Shown here: piece by piece, positions 8,670-17,318 of the stretch
Numbering within the stretch: position 1 is the first letter of the stretch
Layout: the number at the start of each line of letters is the position of its first letter
Assembly: GCA_023244815.1 (NCBI GenBank)
Contig: JAHFLQ010000005.1
Location: 1 to 44,756, forward strand
Direction: 5' to 3'
DNA: 44,756 nucleotides
Source of the DNA: a bacterium
GTDB lineage: Bacteria > Patescibacteriota > Minisyncoccia > UBA6257 > WO2-44-18
Made by a program: the position numbers and the translations under genes
Notes under the pieces: generated by a model
Seen by the model: the letters and a program-made list of their open reading frames with translations, nothing else
Told to the model about the DNA's origin: nothing
Databases searched by the model: none

Positions 8670-9286
8670 TGCAGCCCAGTACGCTGGCAATCCCGATCGC
8701 CTTTATCGTTTTAGGGGCGATTCTTCTTTGGTGTCTTATTTTTACTAAAGGCAAGTGGCCGATCAAGCTGTTCTTAATTATTACCGTGCCGGCCTTTAGT
8801 GTCGCTGTTTGGAATGCTCTGGATAGCTATCTTGGTTGGCCAGCCACTGATTCAGTTCCGGAAAAATCTATTTTGCTTTGGGGCGAAGTTTACGAACCGA
8901 ATCCCCAAAGCGGCGATCCGGGAAAGGTGTGCGTGTGGCTGATCGCTTATGACGATCTTGCCCAAAACAATTCGCCCTTCAAGTATTCGCCGGAGAAAAA
9001 CGAACCGCGGGCCTACCGACTGCCTTATTCTCGTAAACTGCATGAGCAGTTGGAGCAAGCCAAAAAAATGATTAAGGGCGGCAAAACTGTCTTTATGAAG
9101 CGAGAAAGACCGGCTGCCGGGAAAGGTAAGCCAGGCGGACCCGGCGCTGAAGGAAAAGGAAAGAAAGGCGCCAATTCCGATAAGGCCGGTACAGGCCAGA
9201 GAGACAGCAGCCAAGAAATGGACCCCCAGTACTTCCGATTTTACGAATTGCCGCCACCGAAACTGCCGGACAAAAAACCAAACTAA
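8669..9286 (+). CDS. two-TM protein with G/K-rich linker, third gene of the ExbB-like operon
   Basis: TAATG coupling; LGWP, EPRAYRLPYS, Pro-rich C-terminus; terminator at 9290-9314. Confidence 0.7.
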   Translation: MQPSTLAIPIAFIVLGAILLWCLIFTKGKWPIKLFLIITVPAFSVAVWNALDSYLGWPATDSVPEKSILLWGEVYEPNPQSGDPGKVCVWLIAYDDLAQNNSPFKYSPEKNEPRAYRLPYSRKLHEQLEQAKKMIKGGKTVFMKRERPAAGKGKPGGPGAEGKGKKGANSDKAGTGQRDSSQEMDPQYFRFYELPPPKLPDKKPN

Positions 9287-9289
9287 ACG

Positions 9290-9314
9290 AAGCCGCCGTT
9301 CAAGGCGGCTTTTT
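9290..9314 (+). terminator. intrinsic terminator
   Basis: AAGCCGCC-gttcaa-GGCGGCTT-TTT. Confidence 0.8.
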
Positions 9315-9338
9315 AATAACTTCTGATATAATCATTAC

Positions 9339-9701
9339 GTGATTAAGTTTCCTAAGAACAATGGCAAGTTACGCTGGACGTCGCATATTAAAAATAAGAT
9401 GCTTTTTTACCGCATTTCCGAGCAGAAAATCCAGACGATTATGAAAAATCCTGACCGGAAAGAAGAGGGAATCGCGCCGAATACACTGGCAGTTATGAAA
9501 AGAAACGATACACCGAAGCGCAAAGAAGAGCTCTGGGTGATGTATGCCACCAGCGATCCGGAAGACGCGGCGAAGGCGAGATTCGGCGGGCCGAAAAAGG
9601 TAATGATTTCCACCTGGCGCTATCCGGGCAAATCCAAACCAGGCAAACAGATTCCAATTCCTAACGACATACTTGAGGCAATAAAAAAAGAGTGGTTTTA
9701 A
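9339..9701 (+). CDS. conserved hypothetical protein (DUF4258/RelE-BrnT-like fold possible)
   Basis: W-T-x-H...KM...ISE helix and ISTWRYPG end; TATAAT 6 nt before GTG. Confidence 0.65.
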   Translation: MIKFPKNNGKLRWTSHIKNKMLFYRISEQKIQTIMKNPDRKEEGIAPNTLAVMKRNDTPKRKEELWVMYATSDPEDAAKARFGGPKKVMISTWRYPGKSKPGKQIPIPNDILEAIKKEWF

Positions 9702-9744
9702 CCACTCTTTTAGGATTTTGTTACAGGTTTTGCTCTCCCTCAAA

Positions 9745-11757
9745 TTATCCTTTGAGATCTAGGGCATCAACGGTCGGAATGATGTTTTCCTTTAACCAAC
9801 CATCGAAGTAGCCGTCAAGGACATCTTTAGCCACCGCGCGTGCCTCCGAATCATTATTTTCTTTCAGCGCCGCGAACTCTTTCTGAATTCGGCGTTGCGC
9901 TTCCAGACAATAAAGATCGGCGATCGTCGCGTAGTTGTCGAAATCGCTTGTCTGGTCTCGATAAGTGGCATAGGCGCAAACCGTTGCCATCGCGTAGAGT
10001 TCGGAAGAGGTCTGGAAAAGCCGCCGCAAAGTCAGTTGCTTATTGGCCAGCTTGTCCCGGTACTTTCCGGAAAGTACGATGATCGTTGTCGCTAGACGAC
10101 GAGCATTCGCTTCGACGAAAAGCATATGTTCGGCGAGTTTTGGCTTAAGATGGGCAAAAGCACTCTGCTTTTTCAATTTTTCGGCAAAGCACAAGGCGAG
10201 GAGATCTTTGGCGAATCCCGACGCCGCTTTGAGCTTGCCCCACTTATTGTCCTTGTCGAAGAAGACCTTGCCGCGCTCCATATAATCGTTGAGTCCTTCG
10301 CGGACCACGAACATTCGGAGCAGGGTGCCGGACTCTCCTTCAAAGATACGATTGATGCGCGTGTCGCGCCACCAGCGTTCGGCGGGAATCGGTGCCTCGC
10401 CGCGCTTCTTGAGCGAAGCGGCAGTTTCATAGCCGCGTCCGCCCCGCATCTGAAGCAGGTTATCGGCGATCTCATAACCGCGCTCGGAAGCCAGCACTTT
10501 ACAAGTAGCGGCCTCCATTCGGCAGTCGCGGTGATTGTCGGCTTGTCTTGCGGCGTACCAGACCATCGCCTCCAAAGCGAAGGCGGTCGCGAGATCGTTC
10601 GCCAGCATACCGCTCCCGACTGCTTCGTGCTTTCCGATGAGTTTGCCCCACTGGAAACGTTTGTTGCCCCACCACTTACCAACAGAAACGCAATTCTTCG
10701 CCATCGCCACGCAGGAGGCGGCGAGAGTGATACGCCCGCTGTTCAGGGCTTCAAGGGCGATCCGGAAGCCACAGCCCTCTTGTTTGTAAATCAGCAGCTT
10801 GTCTTCCGGATGAACTTCTATGCCCGTTTCGGCAGTGAGTTTATCAATGTCTGTGTGCCTAGCGGGCAGCACTTTCTTGCCAAGCAATTGCGACTTCGGA
10901 ACAACCACATCGTGGAAATCGGTCATTCCGGTGTAAATGCCGTTCAGGCCAGCCAGTTCACATCGCTGAACAACTTCTATACCGGGGTAATTGGTCGGCA
11001 GAATGAACGCGCCGAAGCAGGGCCTGTAATCCTTGTTATCTCGGTTTTTTTCGAGTTCATCCGGTCGATCAATAATTTTGGCAATGATGATAATGACAGG
11101 CGAAAGATATGTACTGTCGTTCATCGGGCCATTGGTGGTCCACCATTTACGCCCACTAATACAGTAGGCTATAGTTTTGCCGAATCTATTTTTGATTCGA
11201 CCAGCCACAGTTTCCATCGCCGACGGATCGGATCCGGCCTTTTCTTCGGTAAAAGCAAACCCAGAAGGGTGTTTGGCCACGATCGGCAGCCACTCGGCCT
11301 TTTGTTCCGGAGAGCCATAGGCCATAATCGGCCAGCCGACACCGATGGTGTTGGAAGCCGAAAGCAAGGCCACGATTGCTCCCGACCAGGTAGCCGCCAG
11401 CTGGAGAATTTTCATGTACTCCGACTGGACAAATCCCATGCCGCCATACTCTTCGGGAATTTTCAGGCCGAAGTAACCGTTATCGCAAAACCACTGAATT
11501 ACGTCGCGAGGCACTTCCTTTGTTCGCTCGATCTCTTCGGCGTCCACTTTTTTGACAAGAAAATCCGCGAGTTTCGCGCACATTTCGTCAACTTTCGGAT
11601 TCAGCTTGGACGGCTTGCCGACCCAATCAAACAGCAGATCAAGGTCCAACTTGCCTTTAAAAAGTTTGGCCATCAGGCCATCGAGTCGCTCGTTACCACG
11701 AGTTTCCTCGGCAATCGCCGCGCCCGCGCCAAGCTGTTTGCCCACATCAAGCACCAT
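9745..11757 (-). CDS. acyl-CoA dehydrogenase (long, VLCAD/FadE-like)
   Basis: IPEEYGG, FAFTEEKAGSD, GRKWWTTNG, QMRGGRGY, RIFEG catalytic Glu; AGGAGG SD. Confidence 0.92.
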   Translation of the reverse strand: MVLDVGKQLGAGAAIAEETRGNERLDGLMAKLFKGKLDLDLLFDWVGKPSKLNPKVDEMCAKLADFLVKKVDAEEIERTKEVPRDVIQWFCDNGYFGLKIPEEYGGMGFVQSEYMKILQLAATWSGAIVALLSASNTIGVGWPIMAYGSPEQKAEWLPIVAKHPSGFAFTEEKAGSDPSAMETVAGRIKNRFGKTIAYCISGRKWWTTNGPMNDSTYLSPVIIIIAKIIDRPDELEKNRDNKDYRPCFGAFILPTNYPGIEVVQRCELAGLNGIYTGMTDFHDVVVPKSQLLGKKVLPARHTDIDKLTAETGIEVHPEDKLLIYKQEGCGFRIALEALNSGRITLAASCVAMAKNCVSVGKWWGNKRFQWGKLIGKHEAVGSGMLANDLATAFALEAMVWYAARQADNHRDCRMEAATCKVLASERGYEIADNLLQMRGGRGYETAASLKKRGEAPIPAERWWRDTRINRIFEGESGTLLRMFVVREGLNDYMERGKVFFDKDNKWGKLKAASGFAKDLLALCFAEKLKKQSAFAHLKPKLAEHMLFVEANARRLATTIIVLSGKYRDKLANKQLTLRRLFQTSSELYAMATVCAYATYRDQTSDFDNYATIADLYCLEAQRRIQKEFAALKENNDSEARAVAKDVLDGYFDGWLKENIIPTVDALDLKG

Positions 11758-11803
11758 AAAACCTCCTAACTGATAACTTAAAATGTTCTGCCACCATATT
11801 AAT

Positions 11804-11831
11804 AAAAAACCCGCACTTTGTACAGCGCGGG
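11804..11831 (-). terminator. terminator after the multifunctional enzyme gene
   Basis: Minus strand CCCGC..GCGGG then TTTTTT. Confidence 0.6.
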
Positions 11832-11841
11832 CGTGGATATT

Positions 11842-13896
11842 TTAAGTGCGCGCGAGATCGAAGTCCGAACCGAAAATGCCGCGTCGATTCGGGCAGATTC
11901 CCGCGCCGAGAATTATTGCAAGGTCAATCATATCTTTGGATTTCAGCACACCTTCTGCAATGAGCCACGAACCTTCATTGCGCATCTCATTCAGGACGAT
12001 TTGCGCTACTGCTTCAACGAACCAGGGGTCGTTCGTTTTGAGGTTGCGACTGTCGGCCCGTACCTTAAAGTTGATCTCTTGGAATATGCGGTAGTTCGGT
12101 TCGCCGACACGCTCGCCATCCCAAAAATAAAATCCTTTGCCGGTTTTTTTGCCAAGCACGGCTTTGTTCTGCATCAGCTCCATATCCAGCACCAGTTTCG
12201 GATAGCTATCGGGATAATAGCGGCCCATGGACTTAATCACATGGTCCGCGGTGTCAAAACCGACGAGGTCTGTTGTTTTGAAAGGCCCCATCATCATTCC
12301 ATAGCGCTCCAACCAGTCATCCACTTTCCAGGGATCAATCCCAACCGTCAGCATTTTTAGAAAGGCCTTGGCGATGCCGCGGAGTAAGATGCGGTTCACC
12401 ACCAGCCCGGCGCACTCCTTGTCCAGAACGACCGGCGTTTTGCCAAGCGCTTTGGTGAGAGCGAGCGTGCGAGCGAGGGTGTTCGGGTGGGTATCTGGTG
12501 TGCCGGCAATTTCTACCAGCTCCATCTTTTCCGCCGGGTTGAAGAAGTGCATCGCGCCGAACCGATCCTTGTGCTGTAGCGAAGCGGCGACTTCGCTCGG
12601 CAAGAGAGAAGAGGTATTGGTGGCGATTATCGCCGATGGCGAGATATGCTTTTCCAGTTCTGAAAGCAGTGCGCGCTTCCATTCCAGATTTTCGGTGATC
12701 GCTTCCACGATGAAATCGGTAGTGCGGAAACGTTCGTAACGATTGCCCCAGCTAACGGTCAGCAAGGCACGCCTCGCGGCCGCTTCGGCCGGAGTAATAC
12801 GTTTTTTCGCGACTCCGGCTTTCAGGGCGCTTTCAATCAACGCCACCGCGTCGTGAATGCAGTCAGGGCTGATGTCGTGGAGTAGGGTAGGGATACCGGC
12901 CGATATCGCGGCGTAAGCGATTCCCTTACCCATACCCATGCCGTTCTTGCCGGCTCCGACAACGCCTAAGCATCCCGGTGGCTTCTGCGGATCAGCGTTT
13001 ACCCAATTTTTGGATCGCGCTTCGTTCCTGACGGCAAAGATGCTCATCAGATTTCTAGCTTCTGGCGACGCCGCGCATTCGGCGAATAGCTTTCCTTCCA
13101 CTGAAAGGCCGGTTTCTAGGTTTTTACAACTCGCCCCGATCGCTTCGATTGCTCGGAGCGGTGCCGGGTAGACGCCCTTCGTTTCTTTCAGTACGCGCTT
13201 TATGGCGCCGGAAAGAATCAGCTTTCTGCCGAAATAAGGAATGCTTTCGATGCGGTTCTTTTTTGCCGTACGATAGCGTTCTGTTAAACCGAGACGCAAG
13301 CAATCGGCAAAGGTTCGGGCTGTCGCAAGCAAACGGTCCGGCTCAACGACAGTATCCACCAGACCGCACTTTTCGGCGGTTTCGGCGTTCAGCTTTTTCT
13401 GACCGACGATGATTTCTAACGCCCTGGTTAGACCAATGACACGCGGCAGTGTTTGCGTGCCGCCGAAGCCGGGGATGATGCCAATGCTGGTTTCCGGCAG
13501 ACCGAAAAGAGTTCTGGGATGTTTGGCCGCGATCCGCGCGTGGCACGCGAGCGCGAGCTCCAGCCCGCCACCGAGACAGGTGCCGGAAATAGCGGCCACC
13601 ACAGGATATGGCGCGTGACGAATCTTGAGTAAGATCCCCACCGCCTTTTCCCGAATCTGTTTGACCAGCACGGGATTGTTGAGCGAGCCGCGAATTTCTT
13701 CAATGTCCGCGCCGGCGCAAAAACTCTCCGGCTTAGCCGAGGTGATGATTAGCGAGTTCGGGCGCGAGTTAGCGAGAAATTCATCCAACTCTTCCAAAAC
13801 CCGCGCCTTCAATAGGTTTTGCTTTGCTTCAGGGCCGAGATCCAGCGACAACACTATGTTGTCGCTGCTATCTCGTTCCAATTTCCAAAACTGCAT
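11842..13896 (-). CDS. fatty-acid oxidation multifunctional enzyme (enoyl-CoA hydratase + 3-hydroxyacyl-CoA dehydrogenase), FadB/FadJ-type
   Basis: FCAGADI, CLGGGLELAL, GLPE..IGIIPGFGG; Rossmann GAG..GMG, EAITE, TNTSS, HFFNP. Confidence 0.93.
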   Translation of the reverse strand: MQFWKLERDSSDNIVLSLDLGPEAKQNLLKARVLEELDEFLANSRPNSLIITSAKPESFCAGADIEEIRGSLNNPVLVKQIREKAVGILLKIRHAPYPVVAAISGTCLGGGLELALACHARIAAKHPRTLFGLPETSIGIIPGFGGTQTLPRVIGLTRALEIIVGQKKLNAETAEKCGLVDTVVEPDRLLATARTFADCLRLGLTERYRTAKKNRIESIPYFGRKLILSGAIKRVLKETKGVYPAPLRAIEAIGASCKNLETGLSVEGKLFAECAASPEARNLMSIFAVRNEARSKNWVNADPQKPPGCLGVVGAGKNGMGMGKGIAYAAISAGIPTLLHDISPDCIHDAVALIESALKAGVAKKRITPAEAAARRALLTVSWGNRYERFRTTDFIVEAITENLEWKRALLSELEKHISPSAIIATNTSSLLPSEVAASLQHKDRFGAMHFFNPAEKMELVEIAGTPDTHPNTLARTLALTKALGKTPVVLDKECAGLVVNRILLRGIAKAFLKMLTVGIDPWKVDDWLERYGMMMGPFKTTDLVGFDTADHVIKSMGRYYPDSYPKLVLDMELMQNKAVLGKKTGKGFYFWDGERVGEPNYRIFQEINFKVRADSRNLKTNDPWFVEAVAQIVLNEMRNEGSWLIAEGVLKSKDMIDLAIILGAGICPNRRGIFGSDFDLART

Positions 13897-13942
13897 AAAA
13901 TCTCCTTACAAAGGACCAGCCGCATATTACGACTTTTTCTAT

Positions 13943-13974
13943 AAAAAATAAAGCCCCCCGATGCATATCGGGGG
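13943..13974 (-). terminator. terminator after the thiolase gene
   Basis: CCCCCGAT/ATCGGGGG followed by a T-rich tail on the minus strand. Confidence 0.7.
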
Positions 13975-13984
13975 ACGGTGATTT

Positions 13985-15265
13985 TTAATCTAAATTCTCG
14001 ATAACTGCGGCGACACCCTGGCCGCCACCGACGCAGAGGGTGACGATAGCTAATTCCTTTTTCTGACGTTTGAGTTCGATAGCCGCCGTGAGTGCCAAAC
14101 GGGCGCCGCTGGCGCCGACTGGATGGCCGATGGCAATTGCGCCACCGTTGATGTTGGTTCTGTCCCAGGGAAGGGGACCGTACCCCTCTTTTTCCAAGAG
14201 GCGGCTTTGCGCGAGCACCACCGATGCAAATGCCTCATTGGTTTCGATGACGCCAAAGGCATTGAGATCCCAGGCTTGATCCATAGCGTGCATTTTCGAG
14301 AAAAGTTTGCGGATCGCCGCGACTGGACCGAGACCCATCACTGTCGGATCACAGCCAGCCGCTGCCGACAACTCCGAACTCACGCCAGCCAGCCTCGGCC
14401 AGCCCTGCGCTTTGACAAACTCTTTGTCGGCAACAATCAGTGCGACCGCGCCGTCGCTTACCTGCGAAGAATTGCCGGGCGTTGTCGTTCCGCCAGGGTT
14501 GAGCGGGCGGAGCCTCGCGAGATGTTCGATCATCTGACCTTCGCGGACCCCATTATCCTGATCCAATCCCTGGAAGGAAACAATTTCTTCCGCGAGGCGA
14601 CCAGATTTTTGCGCTTTATAAGCGCGGCGCTGGGATTCCAGCGCGAAAAGATCCAGTTCCTTGCGGGAGATTTGGAATTCACTGGCGAGTTTATCGGCGA
14701 TTTTGTCCATGCCGAGGCCGCAATAAGGATCGGTCAGGCCAACCTTAATTAGCCACTCCGGCTCGTGCGCCATGAACCGCGTCTTTGCTTTTTGAGCGAT
14801 CAACCGCGGTCCTTTGAAAACCATCGGCGACTTCTTTTTGGAAATCGCGAGCAGTTTTCCGAACTCGTCGCGCTGTTTCCGGCCATAAGCCGCTGTGTAA
14901 TCGGACATCACTTCTACACCGATCACCAGCACGCATTGGGCGAGGCCAACTTCCACGCGCATTGCCGCGTCGATGATCGCCTCAAGCCCACTGCCGCAAT
15001 TAATGTTGATCGTCCGCGCGTCCACGTGCTGGGGGATGCCGGCGTCCAAGGCGATGAGCCGCGCGATATTGGAACCGTCCGGCGGCAACAACTGGTTGCC
15101 GATATTCGCTCCAACTACGCAATCAATCAATTTTTCCAGCCCAGGATATCGACGCGCCAGCTCCTTTACCGGAACTACGCCGAGTTTCCGAGCGTTGAGA
15201 TCCGGCACACTGCCAGCCCTGAAAAATGCCGTGCGGACGCCATCCACGATTACCACGTTTCGCAT
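13985..15265 (-). CDS. acetyl-CoA C-acyltransferase (thiolase, FadA/FadI-type)
   Basis: INCGSG (catalytic Cys), NEAF, GHPVGASG, LCVGGGQG. Confidence 0.95.
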   Translation of the reverse strand: MRNVVIVDGVRTAFFRAGSVPDLNARKLGVVPVKELARRYPGLEKLIDCVVGANIGNQLLPPDGSNIARLIALDAGIPQHVDARTININCGSGLEAIIDAAMRVEVGLAQCVLVIGVEVMSDYTAAYGRKQRDEFGKLLAISKKKSPMVFKGPRLIAQKAKTRFMAHEPEWLIKVGLTDPYCGLGMDKIADKLASEFQISRKELDLFALESQRRAYKAQKSGRLAEEIVSFQGLDQDNGVREGQMIEHLARLRPLNPGGTTTPGNSSQVSDGAVALIVADKEFVKAQGWPRLAGVSSELSAAAGCDPTVMGLGPVAAIRKLFSKMHAMDQAWDLNAFGVIETNEAFASVVLAQSRLLEKEGYGPLPWDRTNINGGAIAIGHPVGASGARLALTAAIELKRQKKELAIVTLCVGGGQGVAAVIENLD

Positions 15266-15356
15266 ACCGTTTCTCCTAAATCGTTCTTAATGAACCGATG
15301 TTATTTTACAAAACTAATCTAAAGTTGTAAACTTAGTTAAAATTCGGAGGTGTTTG

Positions 15357-15518
15357 ATGAACTGGCTTAAGGTCGCTTGGGTAGTTTTTCTGATACTACT
15401 TGTCCTGGTTATTTTAGCCTCTTTGGCCATCGTCGGTTACGTTTACCTCCTGCAAAAAGCCAGAGAACCGCTTCATATGTTATCCAGCCCCGAAGTACTT
15501 CGGGGCCTTTTATTTTAG
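15357..15518 (+). CDS. 53-aa single-TM small protein (not in ORF track)
   Basis: GGAGGT SD then MNWLKVAWVVFLILLVLVILASLAIVGYVYLLQKAREPLHMLSSPEVLRGLLF*. Confidence 0.55.
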   Translation: MNWLKVAWVVFLILLVLVILASLAIVGYVYLLQKAREPLHMLSSPEVLRGLLF

Positions 15519-15542
15519 CGAAACCCAGCTACAATAAGCCAA

Positions 15543-16574
15543 ATGAAGTTATCTATAGGAATCGTCGGGTTGCCAAACGTGGGCAAGTCCACGCTCTTTA
15601 AGGCCCTGACAAAAAATGAGGTGAATATCGCCAATTATCCATTTGCCACCATTGATCCGAACGTTGGCGTGGTCAGCGTTCCCGATGAGCGGTTGGACAA
15701 ACTCGCGGCAATGTCCAAATCCAAGAAAATTATTCCGGCTATCGTGGAGTTTTACGATATCGCCGGCTTGGTAAAAGGCGCGAACAAAGGCGAGGGTTTG
15801 GGCAACCAGTTTCTGTCCCACATTAAAGAAACCAACGCAGTTGTGATGGTGCTCCGCGTTTTCGGCGGCGAGGAAATTATTCACGTGGAAAATTCCGTGG
15901 ATCCGATTCGTGATATGGACATTGTAAATATGGAGCTCGCTCTGAAAGATTTGGACTTGGTGGAAAAAGCTTTCAAGCGCCTGGAGGGGGAGGCGAGAGC
16001 CGGCAATAAAGACGCGCTAAAAGCCTTGGAGGCGGTGAAGGCAATCAAACCGGCGCTGGAGGCCGGCAAACCGATCAACACACCGGCTTTTGCCGTCGCC
16101 TTAGAAAACCCAAAAGTCCGTGAATTGGATCTTTTGATGAGCAAGAAACAGCTCTACTTATTAAATGGCAAGCCGACAGATGTTTCCGAGGAGCTGAAAA
16201 AGAAAATTGCTGGCATTGGCGCAAGCTATGTTGTAGCCGATCTTTCTACGGCCGAAAATGTGCCGGAGCTGGTCAAAAAGGCTTACGAGATTTTGGACTT
16301 GATCAGCTTCTTCACCACCGGCGAAGACGAGACACGCGCCTGGACGATTAAAAGAGGATTTAAGGCGCCGCAGGCCGCCGGAGCGATCCACACCGATTTT
16401 GAAAAGAAATTCATCCGCGCCGAAGTGATCAACTGGCAAAAATTATTAGAGGCCCATTCGACAAGCTCAGGGCAAGCCGGCTGGGCTGCGGCTAAACAAA
16501 AAGGCTGGCTCCGCCTGGAAGGCAAAGACTATATTGTCGCCGACGGCGACGTTATGGAAATAAGACATGGATAA
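15543..16574 (+). CDS. ychF: redox-regulated ATPase YchF
   Basis: GIVGLPNVGKST, NYPFATIDPN, DIAGLVKGA..GEGLGNQFL, AAGAIHTDFEKKFIRAEV. Confidence 0.97.
   Translation: MKLSIGIVGLPNVGKSTLFKALTKNEVNIANYPFATIDPNVGVVSVPDERLDKLAAMSKSKKIIPAIVEFYDIAGLVKGANKGEGLGNQFLSHIKETNAVVMVLRVFGGEEIIHVENSVDPIRDMDIVNMELALKDLDLVEKAFKRLEGEARAGNKDALKALEAVKAIKPALEAGKPINTPAFAVALENPKVRELDLLMSKKQLYLLNGKPTDVSEELKKKIAGIGASYVVADLSTAENVPELVKKAYEILDLISFFTTGEDETRAWTIKRGFKAPQAAGAIHTDFEKKFIRAEVINWQKLLEAHSTSSGQAGWAAAKQKGWLRLEGKDYIVADGDVMEIRHG
16452..16478 (+). repeat. short palindromic element inserted in-frame in ychF (HSTSSGQA)
   Basis: GCCC-ATTCGACAAGCTCA-GGGC-AAG adds about 8 residues in the TGS-domain region. Confidence 0.6.
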
Positions 16575-17250
16575 AGAAGAGTCGAAGGATAAAGCAAAAG
16601 AATTAGCACTCGCTACTATTAGGGGATTAATTTCTTGGATTCCTGGTGCTGGGGGGCTTATGTCGGAATGGTTTGGGCAAGTAGTTGCTTCTCCAATTGC
16701 TAAGCGTCGAGATGAGTGGGTCAGGAGTATTGAGGAGCGTGTTCGCGCAATAGAAAAAGACGATCCGCGCTTTTCTGCAGAAAATTTAAAGAACAATAAG
16801 ATTTTCGCAACGGCAGTTTTAGCAGCAACGCAAGTTGCCCTACGAAACCATCAAGAAGAAAAGATAGCGGCGCTTAGAAATGGTGTCATAAATTCGGTAA
16901 CTTCAGACATCGAAGAAGACAAAAAGCTAATGTTCTTTAATGTAATCGACCTGCTAACACCAACTCATCTGAAAATTCTGCGATTTTTCGATAATCCAAA
17001 TGCTTGGCTTGGTAAAAGTGAAACGCCTTTGCCAAAATTTCTAATGGCAGGGCACGAGGCACTCCTTGAATATGCCCTCCCTGAGTTTCGTGGACAGGGC
17101 GAATTTTATAATCAAATCCTAAAAGAACTTCACGCGCATGGCTTAACATCGACCCCGGCGATCCATAACGTGGTGGCCAGTGCGGGATTTTTTCATTCCA
17201 TAACAACACTATTTGGTAAAGAATTCCTAAAGTTTGTAGAGGAAAAGTAG
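16567..17250 (+). CDS. hypothetical protein, island cargo (Abi-alpha/DUF4393-like possible)
   Basis: 227-aa ORF overlapping the ychF stop, AT-richer than its neighbours; DLLTPTHLKIL helix and wHTH-like C-terminus ending TLFGKEFLKF. Confidence 0.6.
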   Translation: MDKEESKDKAKELALATIRGLISWIPGAGGLMSEWFGQVVASPIAKRRDEWVRSIEERVRAIEKDDPRFSAENLKNNKIFATAVLAATQVALRNHQEEKIAALRNGVINSVTSDIEEDKKLMFFNVIDLLTPTHLKILRFFDNPNAWLGKSETPLPKFLMAGHEALLEYALPEFRGQGEFYNQILKELHAHGLTSTPAIHNVVASAGFFHSITTLFGKEFLKFVEEK

Positions 17251-17318
17251 CGTTACCGAGATTGACCCCGCGGCTTAAAAGCGGTATTTTATAGACAGTT
17301 ACATTGAAAGGATAGTGA

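Noticed and set aside
7475-9286. Zorya (ZorAB) or flagellar MotAB assignment
   Set aside because: No long ZorA tail, no OmpA-like peptidoglycan-binding domain, and no zorC/D/E or flagellar genes.
10126-11769. 547-aa plus-strand ORF
   Set aside because: Antisense shadow of the acyl-CoA dehydrogenase; no motifs or RBS. The same applies to the many shadow ORFs over the thiolase, fusA, tuf and ribosomal genes.
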